Assembly: GCA_963666285.1 (NCBI GenBank)
Contig: OY762711.1
DNA from: Sedimentisphaerales bacterium
Lineage (GTDB): Bacteria > Planctomycetota > Phycisphaerae > Sedimentisphaerales > SM23-30
Reading direction: 5' to 3' (one strand)
DNA length: 64,000 nt
Shown: piece after piece, positions 48,833 through 59,926 of the stretch
How the letters are laid out: each line of letters starts with the position of its first letter
How positions within the stretch are numbered: the stretch's first letter is position 1
Notes under the pieces: model-generated
Database searches by the model: none
What the model saw: the letters and a program-made list of their open reading frames with translations, nothing else
What the model was told of the DNA's origin: nothing
Position numbers and translations under genes: made by a program

Positions 48833-49035
48833 GTAAACTGACTGATAATCAGCAAAAATATAAGGTGTTGCTCCGCCAAAGTTGGATTTGATTCAGTGAA
48901 CTTATTTAAAAGCTTTGCCGGAGGCGGCGTTTTCAATGCTACTGTTCCAGAAGCTGCCTTAAATATAACTTATGTTTTGACCATGTTTGATGATTGATAG
49001 AGTTGTATCTTTATTTACGGCTTGAATGATACGAA

Positions 49036-49076
49036 AGTTATTTACTCAAACTGACCGATGGCCAGTTTGAGAGGTA
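49036..49076. repeat. Palindromic REP-like element, family P, copy 3 (inverted relative to copies 1 and 2)
   Basis: AGTTATTTACTCAAACTGACCGATGGCCAGTTTGAGAGGTA. Confidence 0.8.
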
Positions 49077-49137
49077 TTTGTTGTTAGGTATTGGGTATTA
49101 GGGAAGGTTTGCCGCAAAGCGGCAAGCTAATTAAATC
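49077..49137 (+). repeat. Composite heptamer-hairpin element
   Basis: TTGTTAG GTATTGG GTATTAG GGAAGG T TTGCCGC AAA GCGGCAA GCTAATTAAA. Confidence 0.75.
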
Positions 49138-49494
49138 ATTAATGTAACAATTTGTATTAAATTGTGTTACAGCAATAAAAAGTGTAAAATCGGTCACTTT
49201 GAATTATTTAATATAGTAAAAGCTTAATTGGTTTTAATAATAGAAATGAGATATTAGAGCATTGCCGACTTATTCGGGAGAGTTTGAAACTCAAATAGGT
49301 GTTTTTGTATATTGAGTGCAAAAGGTGGTGATGGCAGAAATAAAAGTGGTGATAGTAAAACAGGTTTTGCGCTAAATTGAGTGTTTTACAGCAGAATATA
49401 TCATATTTTGTTTTGAATAAATTTATGTTATGGTATAATCCTTCCCAAGTAGAAATTCTTTTATAATTCAAATTATATCTATAGGAGTAAAACA

Positions 49495-51072
49495 ATGAAG
49501 AGGTTTATTCTTTTATCTGTTGCGCTGGTGGGAATTTTATACTGTAATTTTGTTTCAGCTGAGATCACTATTAATGATACCAATGAATCAGCAAAACTGA
49601 CAGTACATGTAAATGACGGCAAATATAGAATTGAGCCTGATATTTACGGTCATTTTGCCGAGCATCTGGGCCGTTGTGTTTATGAAGGGTTCTGGGTAGG
49701 CGAGGATTCTGATATCCCAAATGTTCGCGGAATAAGGACAGATGTTGTGGAGGCTTTGAAGAAGCTGGATATACCTGTGCTACGCTGGCCGGGCGGATGT
49801 TTTGCGGATGAGTATCACTGGAAGGATGGGATAGGTCCACGTGATAAAAGAGCAAAGATGATTAATACTCACTGGGGCATGGTAACAGATACCAATGCAT
49901 TTGGAACACATGAGTTTTTGGATTTATGTGATATGCTGGGTTGTGAGGCATATATTGCCGGTAATATGGGTTCCGGTACTCCAGAAGAGATGCAGGACTG
50001 GGTGGAGTATATGACCTTTGATGGTGATAGTGATATGGCTAACCTTCGACGGGCAAACGGTCGTGAGAAGCCATGGAAGATAAAGTATTTTGGTGTCGGT
50101 AATGAAAACTGGGGCTGCGGCGGCAATATGACACCTGAATATTATTCTGACCTTTATAAGAGGTATCAGACTTATGTTCGCAATTATCCGGGCAGCAGGA
50201 TAATAAAAGTAGCGTGCGGTCCAAACGGCGGTGATCCAAGCTGGACGGATTCAATCATGAAACATATTGGAACCAGGATGGGCGGATTCGGTCTGCATTA
50301 TTATGTTCGCGGGACCGGCAGCTGGGGCCATAACCAGAAAGGCAGCGCAACTGTTTTTGATGAGACAGAATGGTTCTACCTGATGAAGAATACTCTAAAC
50401 ATTGATAATCTTATCAAAAAGAATATCGAGGTTATGGATAAATACGACAATCGCGGCCGTGTTGCTCTTTATATTGATGAATGGGGAACATGGTGGGATG
50501 AAGAGCAGGGCACCAAGGGCGGTTTCCTGTACCAGCAGAACACATTGCGTGATGCGGTATCGGCGAGTATCTACCTGAACTCATTCAATAATCATTGCGA
50601 TCGAGTAAAGATGTGTGCTATTGCCCAGATCAATAATGTTCTTCAGGCGATGGTTCTGACTGATAAAGAAAAAATGCTGGTAACCCCAACCTATCATGTA
50701 TTTGAAATGTATAAAGTTCACCAGGGAGCTACAATGCTGCCGGTTGACCTGGCATGTAATGCATATACAAGAGATGATATCAAGCTACCTTCCTTGACAG
50801 CTTCGGTTTCAAAAGACAGCAGTGGTGTTATCCATATAACAATGTGTAATATGGATCCCGGCAAACCGGCGATGCTGGAATGTTCACTAGATGGTGTGAA
50901 GGCAAAGAGTGTTAGCGGCAGAGTCTTAACAGCAGATAAGATGAATGCTCATAATACATTTGAAGAGCCAGAGAATATCAAGCCAGCTGAATTTGATGAT
51001 GTCAGTATCGTTAATGGTGAAATATTTGCAGCCCTGCCTCCAATGAGTGTGGTTGTTTTAGAAGTTAAATAA
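49495..51072 (+). CDS. abfA: Alpha-L-arabinofuranosidase (GH51)
   Basis: IYGHFAEHLGRC, LRWPGGCFADEYHW, GVGNENWGCGG, DEWGTW and AQ.NNVLQA; signal peptide and AGGAG RBS. Confidence 0.93.
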   Translation: MKRFILLSVALVGILYCNFVSAEITINDTNESAKLTVHVNDGKYRIEPDIYGHFAEHLGRCVYEGFWVGEDSDIPNVRGIRTDVVEALKKLDIPVLRWPGGCFADEYHWKDGIGPRDKRAKMINTHWGMVTDTNAFGTHEFLDLCDMLGCEAYIAGNMGSGTPEEMQDWVEYMTFDGDSDMANLRRANGREKPWKIKYFGVGNENWGCGGNMTPEYYSDLYKRYQTYVRNYPGSRIIKVACGPNGGDPSWTDSIMKHIGTRMGGFGLHYYVRGTGSWGHNQKGSATVFDETEWFYLMKNTLNIDNLIKKNIEVMDKYDNRGRVALYIDEWGTWWDEEQGTKGGFLYQQNTLRDAVSASIYLNSFNNHCDRVKMCAIAQINNVLQAMVLTDKEKMLVTPTYHVFEMYKVHQGATMLPVDLACNAYTRDDIKLPSLTASVSKDSSGVIHITMCNMDPGKPAMLECSLDGVKAKSVSGRVLTADKMNAHNTFEEPENIKPAEFDDVSIVNGEIFAALPPMSVVVLEVK

Positions 51073-51220
51073 AGTAAGAAGAAGTCTGCAATAGGGTGGA
51101 TTGTCGTGAGAACGGCAAACTGTACACATAGTGTATGATTTTGCCCGATCGCTCGTAAGGTAGATGTAATGTAATCAATTTGCCACGCTCGAGCGGTCAT
51201 TTTCAACTGTTATGGGTATA

Positions 51221-51265
51221 AAAAAAAGAGCGGAGAGAGCAATTAAGTTCTTTCCGCTTTTTTAT
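51221..51265. terminator. Bidirectional intrinsic terminator
   Basis: A-run, stem AGCGGAGAGAGC/GTTCTTTCCGCT and T-run, between convergent genes. Confidence 0.8.
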
Positions 51266-51287
51266 TAGCACAAACTAGTTGAGTAAT

Positions 51288-53366
51288 CTATTTTAGTTTT
51301 ACAGTTATTTCGCTGGTGAATACTGATGCCGGGTCGCCTCGTTCGGCCAGAGTTTTGTGTATTGTCTGAATAGTACGCCTGGCAGGTCCTTCGTATAGCT
51401 TTTTGCCGGGTGCCTCGACAATGATTTCGAAGTTTAGGTCAGCCATGTCATCATTCAGGCGGATGGATATTTCATCCAGGTTTTCAGCTTCGATATTGAT
51501 TGACTGATCTTTAATTTTTGCTTTTACAATTTCACCTTGTGACAGTTCAGGTACAGCCAGCCAGTAGAATCTATTATGTTTATTCTGTTCCCAGATGATT
51601 TTTTTGGGGATTGGGTTGCGGGTGAAATCATGCATCCAAGGGATGGCATCAGCAGCTCCTTTGTCTATCCAGTGCCCCCTGTCCTTATAGATTTCAGTCC
51701 AGTGCGGATAGCTGCCCGGATTGGTGCGTTCAAGCTCATCCATTATATCTCCATATTTGACAGCTTCATTATTACGGTTGTAAGCTTTGTCGTTAGCGCC
51801 GACATGTATAGAGAACGGTGTATTGGCTAAGCTGATCATTGAAGAGTCGCCAGGGTGGCCGGCCATCATAGAAGCAGCCGCCCAACGGTCGGCCATACGC
51901 GGAGCCATACGATACAGGCCATCTCCGCCGGCAGAGTAGCCCATGAGATATACCCGGTTTGGGTTGACATTTTCAAATATGATCATATCCTGGATCAGGC
52001 GATCGAACATTGCGTCGATATGGTCCTGGAACCACATATTCCATGCATCATTCGGAGCACGTGGAGCGAGATAAACACCTTCCGGTATTTTATAAAGTTT
52101 TTTCTGATTTTCCCATTGGCTGTCATTGACCCGTTTTGGGGCATCACCTCCGCCGTGAAGTGAGATATACAGGCTGCGTCCGCCGTCAGGCATATCGCCT
52201 GTAATGCTATAGAAGAACGGCATAGTTTTGTCATCGATAGTAATTTCACGGCTGTCCATTTCAGCTTTTCGTGTTTGCTTTGCATAGCTTACGTAATCCT
52301 GCCAGAGCAGCTGCTTAGCTTCTTCGGCATGTTGTTTAGTAAGCGGCACATCAAAAAACAGCTGCTGTTGAATTGGTTTACGTTTGTCGTGCTGAGTTTG
52401 CAGGTATGATTTCAGCTGGTCCAGCGCGTGCAGAGAAGCTTCGACATCGAATTTGGTAATTGCTTCGGTAGTAATCCTTTCGTCTTTGCTTTTTTCAAGA
52501 TAACGTTCGGTGGTGTTAACAGCGTATATATATTTACTGTCTTCCAGCCATGGCAGCGGGAAGTTTATATCGGTGTGTTTATAACTGGTAGCATAGATAG
52601 CATGGAGTTTGTGGTCTTTCTGGGCGGTCTTGGCGCGTTCGGAAAACCAGGCCTCATCCAGGTTGTTGCCCGACGGTTCACCGCCGCCGGTATAGTGCCA
52701 GCCGTTGTCCCATACTTCTACCCAGGAGTGATTACCGCTGAGGTTGGACCAAAGCGGAGTTCCGGCGAATCGGGCAGGTATGCCTACCGATCGGCATGCT
52801 TCTATCAGCAGAATCGACATCCCGGTACAGGAAGCCATATACGCCTCAATTGTTTCGTATGGGCTTTGGTCAGCTTTAGGTCGTTTGCGAGAGAATTTAA
52901 CATCGAGCAGGTCAAAAATTTTCTGGTTGAGCATAACGGCAGCTTCGCCTGGAGTTTTAGCTTTTGCAATCAGCGGCTTGAACCTGGTAAAGAAATCCTT
53001 TCGGAAGTTATCGCGTCGTTCATTGATGCAGTAATAGGCCAGAATGTCATTGAAGAAAATATCTTTGGATATCTGTTTCTTCCATGGTGATTCATCCAGT
53101 GCTTTGTATGAATATTCGACATTTTCCAGAAGAAACTCAGCAGAGAGTGTTTTCAGGTCACGTTCGGGCATATATGCAATAAGAAACTGCATAGCTTCGG
53201 CGTGTTCCGAAGGGACCTTTGAAAGTGCCATTTTTAGTTCTGCGGCGTTGTCACCGGCTTTTTCAAGGTTAGATTCTACTTGAGATGAATAATCATCGGC
53301 AGCAAAGAGTGAGATGGAGATTGAAGCGATAAATATCACGGTCAGATTGGTAAGCATTCTTTTCAT
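51288..53366 (-). CDS. Secreted transglutaminase-like domain fused to an alpha/beta hydrolase
   Basis: ASCTGMSILL..ACRSVGIPAR and GNHSWVEVWD, then ISLHGGG, YLMGYSAGG and GH. Likely start MKRML at 53366. Confidence 0.8.
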   Translation of the reverse strand: MKRMLTNLTVIFIASISISLFAADDYSSQVESNLEKAGDNAAELKMALSKVPSEHAEAMQFLIAYMPERDLKTLSAEFLLENVEYSYKALDESPWKKQISKDIFFNDILAYYCINERRDNFRKDFFTRFKPLIAKAKTPGEAAVMLNQKIFDLLDVKFSRKRPKADQSPYETIEAYMASCTGMSILLIEACRSVGIPARFAGTPLWSNLSGNHSWVEVWDNGWHYTGGGEPSGNNLDEAWFSERAKTAQKDHKLHAIYATSYKHTDINFPLPWLEDSKYIYAVNTTERYLEKSKDERITTEAITKFDVEASLHALDQLKSYLQTQHDKRKPIQQQLFFDVPLTKQHAEEAKQLLWQDYVSYAKQTRKAEMDSREITIDDKTMPFFYSITGDMPDGGRSLYISLHGGGDAPKRVNDSQWENQKKLYKIPEGVYLAPRAPNDAWNMWFQDHIDAMFDRLIQDMIIFENVNPNRVYLMGYSAGGDGLYRMAPRMADRWAAASMMAGHPGDSSMISLANTPFSIHVGANDKAYNRNNEAVKYGDIMDELERTNPGSYPHWTEIYKDRGHWIDKGAADAIPWMHDFTRNPIPKKIIWEQNKHNRFYWLAVPELSQGEIVKAKIKDQSINIEAENLDEISIRLNDDMADLNFEIIVEAPGKKLYEGPARRTIQTIHKTLAERGDPASVFTSEITVKLK

Positions 53367-53680
53367 AGTTGCTCTTTCCCTAAATAGAGTAAATTTATAC
53401 GTTTTTATTTCCATTTTAGTTTTAATGTCAGAAATGTCAATGAGTAAAGAATAAGGGATTTTTGTTCAGAGTATAACGATTATGTCAATAATAGGACACC
53501 AGAATTGGTCCAATAATATTTTTGGCTTAGAGCTAAGATACAAAAAAAAGTGACATTTTGTGTAATTTAAGCTTAATTATGATAATTAATGAAAAGACAT
53601 TTAAATGTGTCATAATATATTCTCGAAGAGAGTGTTATAGAATGTGTGATATAGAATTAGTTAATGAATGGGAGTTAAAA

Positions 53681-55894
53681 ATGAATAGAAATTTATTTGT
53701 ACTACTGTCTGTTTTATTATTTGCATCATTTGTTTTAGCAGAATCAGAAGAAATGAAAGGAGATGATTTTCTTGACATGTCATTAGAGGATCTGATGAAT
53801 GTCGAAGTAGAATCAACCGCGTCTCTGACAGCCACATCCAGGAAGATGGCACCTGGCACCGTTACCACTATTACCAGTGAAGATATCGAAGCGGCCAACT
53901 GCAGGAGCCTGGATGAGCTGCTTGATATTTATGTGCCGAACCTGCAAATAATGAGGAGTCACTGGGAGCAGCAGAATATGGGTTTGCGTGGAATAATAGG
54001 CGACCGCGATGATAAATACTTATTGCTGGTAAATGGCCGGGTAATGAATGAGAGGACTCACTATGGCGCGACAACCGAGCGTGACCTGCCGATGCTTGGT
54101 GATATCCATCATATAGATATTGTTCGCGGGCCAGGTTCGGCCCTGTATGGTCCGGGAGCTGTGTCGATGGTTATTAATATAATTACTTTTAATGCAGATA
54201 CATTTCAAGGAACTGAGGTTACGGCAAAGCTTGGTTCGATAGAAGAGTTTTATGTTACAGAGATCAAACACGGCAAGAAATTTGATAATGGATTCGGCCT
54301 GTTTTTCTATGGTGCGATAGGGGCGTATCCCGGAGCACAACCGGAAGATTCATACCAGATATATGCTATGGATTTTCCTTCAGAGTCAACTTATTCATGG
54401 TGGGATCCAGCCTGGGGGACAAATACAGGCCCCGAGCATTTGCCGGGCGATGGAACGGGAGCCGGAGAAGCAATGATTGATAGTTCTGTTGCCAATGATC
54501 GCGCTTCGGCCAGGGGTAAGCCGCCGATGAAGTTTCACATGCAGTTAAAGGATGAAAATTGGGATTTATGGACGAGATATACTCAAGGTGGTAAAAAGCT
54601 GGTATATGATTCCTGGATTCTGGCAAGAGACCCATATGGCTGGGCAGATTATGCCCAACCTCTGCAAAGGAAATTTTATACATATAACCAGTTAACAAAC
54701 TATATTGGCTATCATAATGACATTTCAGATAATACGGAATTTGACTTTTCGACCAGCTATGATATGACGAATTTTACTCGCAGGGTAACAAATTCTGATA
54801 TTTCGAATGCATATCGTGAGGATAAGTATTTTGGCAAGGCAATTGTGACTCATAATATTTCAGAAAGCCATAAAACAGCTTTTGGAGTAGAGTATCAGCA
54901 CCTGGAATTGGGTTATCCGAGTCTTGGCTGGCCAAATGTAGATTATGGTATATCATCGAGTTTGTCGCCAGAGATGCCGAGGTGGTCGACAGATATGTAT
55001 TCTGTATTGGGTGAGTACCAGTGGAATATTAATAAGGAATTTACAATGTTTGGTGGTATGCGTCTGGATGATCATACATATAGTTCTAATATGTTTTCGC
55101 CCAGGGCAAGTTTGATATATTCGATGGACGACCGAAATACAATTAAGTTTATGTGGTCACGATCTGTCAGGGCCAGCTACGAAGAAGAGATGAAGGCCCA
55201 GTCTCTGCTGGGTAATAATGAGACAGATCCTGAAGAGCTGGAGAATTTTGAGCTGCGTTATGAGCGTATCTGTGCAGAAAATCTGAATTTTGCCGCAACG
55301 GGTTTTTATTATATACTGGACCAGGTTGGTATTTCCAATGATGATGCCGGAGTAGTTTTGCTAGGTGAACAGAAGAGCTATGGCGCCGAGGTTGAGGCGA
55401 ACTATCAGGCAGAGAAGTTGAAATTTGGAATTTCTCACGCTTATACCAAGCTGGATTCTTTTAGTTTAAATGAGGCGTATACTACAGTAGTAACAGCATC
55501 GCCGTATGGTTATGGTAATGACCTGGCAAGATGGTCTAATCATGTAACAAAGTTGTATGCGAACTATGATATTAATGAGCAATGGAGTTTGCATAGTTCT
55601 ATGAGAGTGTATTGGGGGCTTCCAGGTTTGGCTGACTATTCAGACTATCTAAGAGATAATACGGATAATCCAAGAGACGACGATGGTTGGGAAGCGGCAT
55701 ACAGGGGCAGCTATTTTCTTAACCTGGGTGTGCAGTATAAACCGAGCGACAATCTATCAATTCAATTTACAGGATATAATCTGCTTGGACTGTTTGACCC
55801 TGATATGAATAAGAGAAATTACGGTGCTTCAGAGTCGGCAGATTACAGGAACGAGGCGGCGGCTTTTGGTGCCACTTTGAGATATAAGTTTTAA
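53681..55894 (+). CDS. TonB-dependent receptor
   Basis: MSLEDLMNVEV, LLVNGR, IDIVRGPGSALYG.GA…VINII and C-terminal LRYKF; GGAG RBS. Confidence 0.9.
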   Translation: MNRNLFVLLSVLLFASFVLAESEEMKGDDFLDMSLEDLMNVEVESTASLTATSRKMAPGTVTTITSEDIEAANCRSLDELLDIYVPNLQIMRSHWEQQNMGLRGIIGDRDDKYLLLVNGRVMNERTHYGATTERDLPMLGDIHHIDIVRGPGSALYGPGAVSMVINIITFNADTFQGTEVTAKLGSIEEFYVTEIKHGKKFDNGFGLFFYGAIGAYPGAQPEDSYQIYAMDFPSESTYSWWDPAWGTNTGPEHLPGDGTGAGEAMIDSSVANDRASARGKPPMKFHMQLKDENWDLWTRYTQGGKKLVYDSWILARDPYGWADYAQPLQRKFYTYNQLTNYIGYHNDISDNTEFDFSTSYDMTNFTRRVTNSDISNAYREDKYFGKAIVTHNISESHKTAFGVEYQHLELGYPSLGWPNVDYGISSSLSPEMPRWSTDMYSVLGEYQWNINKEFTMFGGMRLDDHTYSSNMFSPRASLIYSMDDRNTIKFMWSRSVRASYEEEMKAQSLLGNNETDPEELENFELRYERICAENLNFAATGFYYILDQVGISNDDAGVVLLGEQKSYGAEVEANYQAEKLKFGISHAYTKLDSFSLNEAYTTVVTASPYGYGNDLARWSNHVTKLYANYDINEQWSLHSSMRVYWGLPGLADYSDYLRDNTDNPRDDDGWEAAYRGSYFLNLGVQYKPSDNLSIQFTGYNLLGLFDPDMNKRNYGASESADYRNEAAAFGATLRYKF

Positions 55895-55906
55895 GGCCAC
55901 CTTAAA

Positions 55907-55950
55907 ATAAAAAAGCTCACAAAGATAACCTTGTGAGCTTTTAATTTTTT
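55907..55950. terminator. Bidirectional intrinsic terminator
   Basis: Stem AAAAGCTCACAA/TTGTGAGCTTTT between convergent genes. Confidence 0.85.
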
Positions 55951-55975
55951 AATCAATTATTATGTGCTGCTAAAA

Positions 55976-56992
<1,017 letters not shown>

Positions 56993-57324
56993 CTAAGTTA
57001 GGTTTATCATTTTTCAGCCTTTCGGCCCATCTCTATTACATTTTCTACTGCCGCTAGCAAAAACATGAGCTAGTTTGCAGTGACCGCTAAACCTTACCGG
57101 TAGAGGATTTCAAAGTCAAGCTATTTTATCGGGAATTAACTGTATTTTGCGCTCAACTTATGTAATATTAAGGATTTGAGGAAGGCGAACAATTTGATAT
57201 TTTTTTATTGATTAAGGCAATAATATAAACGTTATTAATAAGTTAATAAGATATTGTTGTCAGTTCGCCGATACAAGTACTTTCAACCCTGATATAATAT
57301 TGTATAGATTGAAAGAAGATTAAG

Positions 57325-58782
57325 ATGAGAAAACATGTAAAGCTGTTAATAGTATTGATATTAGTGCTAAATCTGCATATGGCATCTATAAGCCAAGCCG
57401 GTTTTAATCCAATTCCTCAAAAGATTAATCGTGGGCCTGCCAAAGAAGTGGTAAAAGAGGAGGTCATTAAAGATCCAGAGGAAGAGAAGCCTGGTATTTT
57501 AGATATAGTGCCGAAAGAAACCAAGCTGGAACCGGTTGAGATAGGTGTAAGTCTGATTAACAGCCCGGAATATGTGGCTAAGAGCTACAGCGCGGATCTT
57601 GACCCATCCAAGATAGGCTCTACCTGGGAAAAGAAGACAATAAATGGTAAGTCCTGTTTTGTCTCTCCGGTAATCTATGCACAAAAAGGAGTAGAGCTAA
57701 ATCATCATGATGTTACTATAGTGTATAGTGGCAGCGGCAGTTTGCAGGCAGGTATGATATATTTTACCCGCAGGGATATTGATAAAGCCCTGGATAAAAG
57801 CTATAACTATAGTAATCTTAATGAGATATCATCAGGTAAGACAAAACGTTTTACTTATTCGATGAGTGGGGCGACTCACTGTTGGCTGGTATTGTGTCCG
57901 GCAGGGAAAGTGAATATACAATCTATCGAGCATAGCTGTGTAGCGGTTCCACAGGGAATATACGGTCACATACCAAGAGAGTACAGGTTTGGCGGTGGAA
58001 GTTTACCATATCGAATAATGTACCCGAGGAACTATGACCCATCGAAAAAGTATCCCCTGGTAGTAAGTGTTCACGGTTCAGGCGGCTGCGGAAATGATAA
58101 TCGGTTAAGTATGGAAAGATGGAACCTGGCAAGAAATTTATATGTAAAATATTATTATGATGAAAATATGGAATGTTTTTCGATAGTGCCGCAAATTCCA
58201 GATATCAAGAAGGATGCTATTCCAGCACCATATTATCCGTCCGGAGCAAGCGGTAAGCCCAATTTATCAAATAGGTTACGCCAGTTAGCCGCAATTAATG
58301 AAGAGGGCTGGTATACACAGGCATCAATCTCCCTGATCAAGGATATGATTGATAGTGATGAGTTAAGTATCGATTCTGACAGAGTTTACTATACCGGTTT
58401 TTCTTTTGGTGGTGGTGCATGCTGGGAATTTTTGAAGGCCGCTCCGGATTTGTTTGCGGGAGCAGTATCCTGTGCCGGCTGGTTTGTCGGCGTTCCATAC
58501 AGTGCGCCAACGGCCCAGGAGATGGAACAGCTGAAGCTCGATGTTGCCAGATATAAGCATATTCCGACCAGGGTGCATGTTGGCGGCAAAGATAAGATGA
58601 GATTTAGCAGTAAACCCGGTTATGAAGAGATAATAAGACAAGGTGGTACCAGTTTATATATCGAATATCCTGAAACCGACCATTTAGGCTCTGGTGATAA
58701 AACCTGGGATGATGCCAATACCGTCATCTGGCTGTTTTCACAGCGAAAGTCAACAAACATATCATTAAGCAACAGCCATTAG
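57325..58782 (+). CDS. Secreted alpha/beta hydrolase (esterase/peptidase-like)
   Basis: LPYRI.YP..YD..KKYPLVV.VHG.G, RVYYTGFSFGG and HVGGKD…H; signal peptide. Confidence 0.8.
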   Translation: MRKHVKLLIVLILVLNLHMASISQAGFNPIPQKINRGPAKEVVKEEVIKDPEEEKPGILDIVPKETKLEPVEIGVSLINSPEYVAKSYSADLDPSKIGSTWEKKTINGKSCFVSPVIYAQKGVELNHHDVTIVYSGSGSLQAGMIYFTRRDIDKALDKSYNYSNLNEISSGKTKRFTYSMSGATHCWLVLCPAGKVNIQSIEHSCVAVPQGIYGHIPREYRFGGGSLPYRIMYPRNYDPSKKYPLVVSVHGSGGCGNDNRLSMERWNLARNLYVKYYYDENMECFSIVPQIPDIKKDAIPAPYYPSGASGKPNLSNRLRQLAAINEEGWYTQASISLIKDMIDSDELSIDSDRVYYTGFSFGGGACWEFLKAAPDLFAGAVSCAGWFVGVPYSAPTAQEMEQLKLDVARYKHIPTRVHVGGKDKMRFSSKPGYEEIIRQGGTSLYIEYPETDHLGSGDKTWDDANTVIWLFSQRKSTNISLSNSH

Positions 58783-58862
58783 TATATGTCGGCAAGGTAC
58801 TTACTTATGTACAATCCAGTTTATTGTTGCTTCGTAAGATACAATCACGATAATTATTAGTA

Positions 58863-59849
58863 ATGGAACTAATAACAAATTTAGAAAGATTTAATCGACC
58901 GGCTAGTGGTTGTGTTTTGACGATAGGCAATTTTGACGGTTTACATCTGGGACACCAGGAGATAATTAATTCGGCAGGTAACCTGGCGGGCCGTAAAGGT
59001 CTTCCATTTTATGTGATGACATTTGAGCCACCTCCCGCATTTGTACTTCGTCGCGAAAAACGGCCTCCCCAGATAACAACTCCGCAGATGAAGCTTAAGC
59101 TACTCGAAGAGACTAACCTTGTGGAAGGTGTGATTATGCTTGAGCCCAATATGAATTTCCTGGCAATGACACCGAGAGAGTTTGTCTGGGATATCCTGGT
59201 TCAGAAGCTCGATATAAAGTATATTGTAGAAGGTCAGACCTTTAATTTTGGTGCAAGAGGCTGCGGAACGATTATTACACTGCAGGAACTTGGCTTGCAG
59301 TATGGTTTTGAGGCTTATATAACCCCATCAAGTAAATTTGAATGCAGCATTGAAGGCCCGACGGCCATCAGTTCTACGCTGGTCCGTTCGTTTATCTCCA
59401 AAGGTGAATTTAACCAGGTTCGGAAATGTCTCGGCAGAAATTATGTTCTTGGCGGGACAGTAGTAAGCGGTCGCGGCAAAGGCAGAGAAATTGGTTTTCC
59501 TACTGCCAATTTAAAGGTATATAATGATGGTTTGCTTGTCCCAGAGGATGGAGTTTTTGCCTGTCGGGCAAAGATTGGCAGTAATTTTGAACATGTATGG
59601 AATAGTAATGATATTTACCAGGCGGCTGTGAGCCTGGGGCATTGCCAGACTTTTGAAGACGGAGTGTACCAGATAGAGGCATTTCTACTTGATTTTGAAG
59701 GAGAATATGATTCCCTGGTCGATAAACATATATTATTGGAATTTGTTGACAAACTTCGTGATCAAGAGAAGTATGATAGTATAGAAGAGTTGACAAAGCA
59801 AATAGACGATGACTGTAAAAAAGTAAAAGAAATAGTGAGCAGCCGGTAG
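58863..59849 (+). CDS. ribF: Bifunctional riboflavin kinase/FAD synthetase
   Basis: TIGNFDGLHLGHQ, ISST.VR, GREIGFPTANL and LRDQEKY. Confidence 0.93.
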   Translation: MELITNLERFNRPASGCVLTIGNFDGLHLGHQEIINSAGNLAGRKGLPFYVMTFEPPPAFVLRREKRPPQITTPQMKLKLLEETNLVEGVIMLEPNMNFLAMTPREFVWDILVQKLDIKYIVEGQTFNFGARGCGTIITLQELGLQYGFEAYITPSSKFECSIEGPTAISSTLVRSFISKGEFNQVRKCLGRNYVLGGTVVSGRGKGREIGFPTANLKVYNDGLLVPEDGVFACRAKIGSNFEHVWNSNDIYQAAVSLGHCQTFEDGVYQIEAFLLDFEGEYDSLVDKHILLEFVDKLRDQEKYDSIEELTKQIDDDCKKVKEIVSSR

Positions 59850-59926
59850 CCATTGGCGACGGAGAAGGTTTTTACCTTTCGGCTTACAGTAATTATATAA
59901 GTACCAGAATTAAAAGGTATTAGAAA

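Noticed and set aside
49143..49171. Imperfect palindrome TGTAACAATTT…AAATTGTGTTACA upstream of the GH51 gene
   Set aside because: Could be an operator, but it is single-copy, AT-rich and has no adjacent regulator, so support is insufficient.
52428..53090. 220-aa + strand ORF
   Set aside because: Lies fully antisense to the transglutaminase/hydrolase gene, which has clear motifs.
53415..53680. Possible cobalamin riboswitch upstream of the TonB receptor
   Set aside because: No B12-box or other conserved cobalamin riboswitch motifs were visible.
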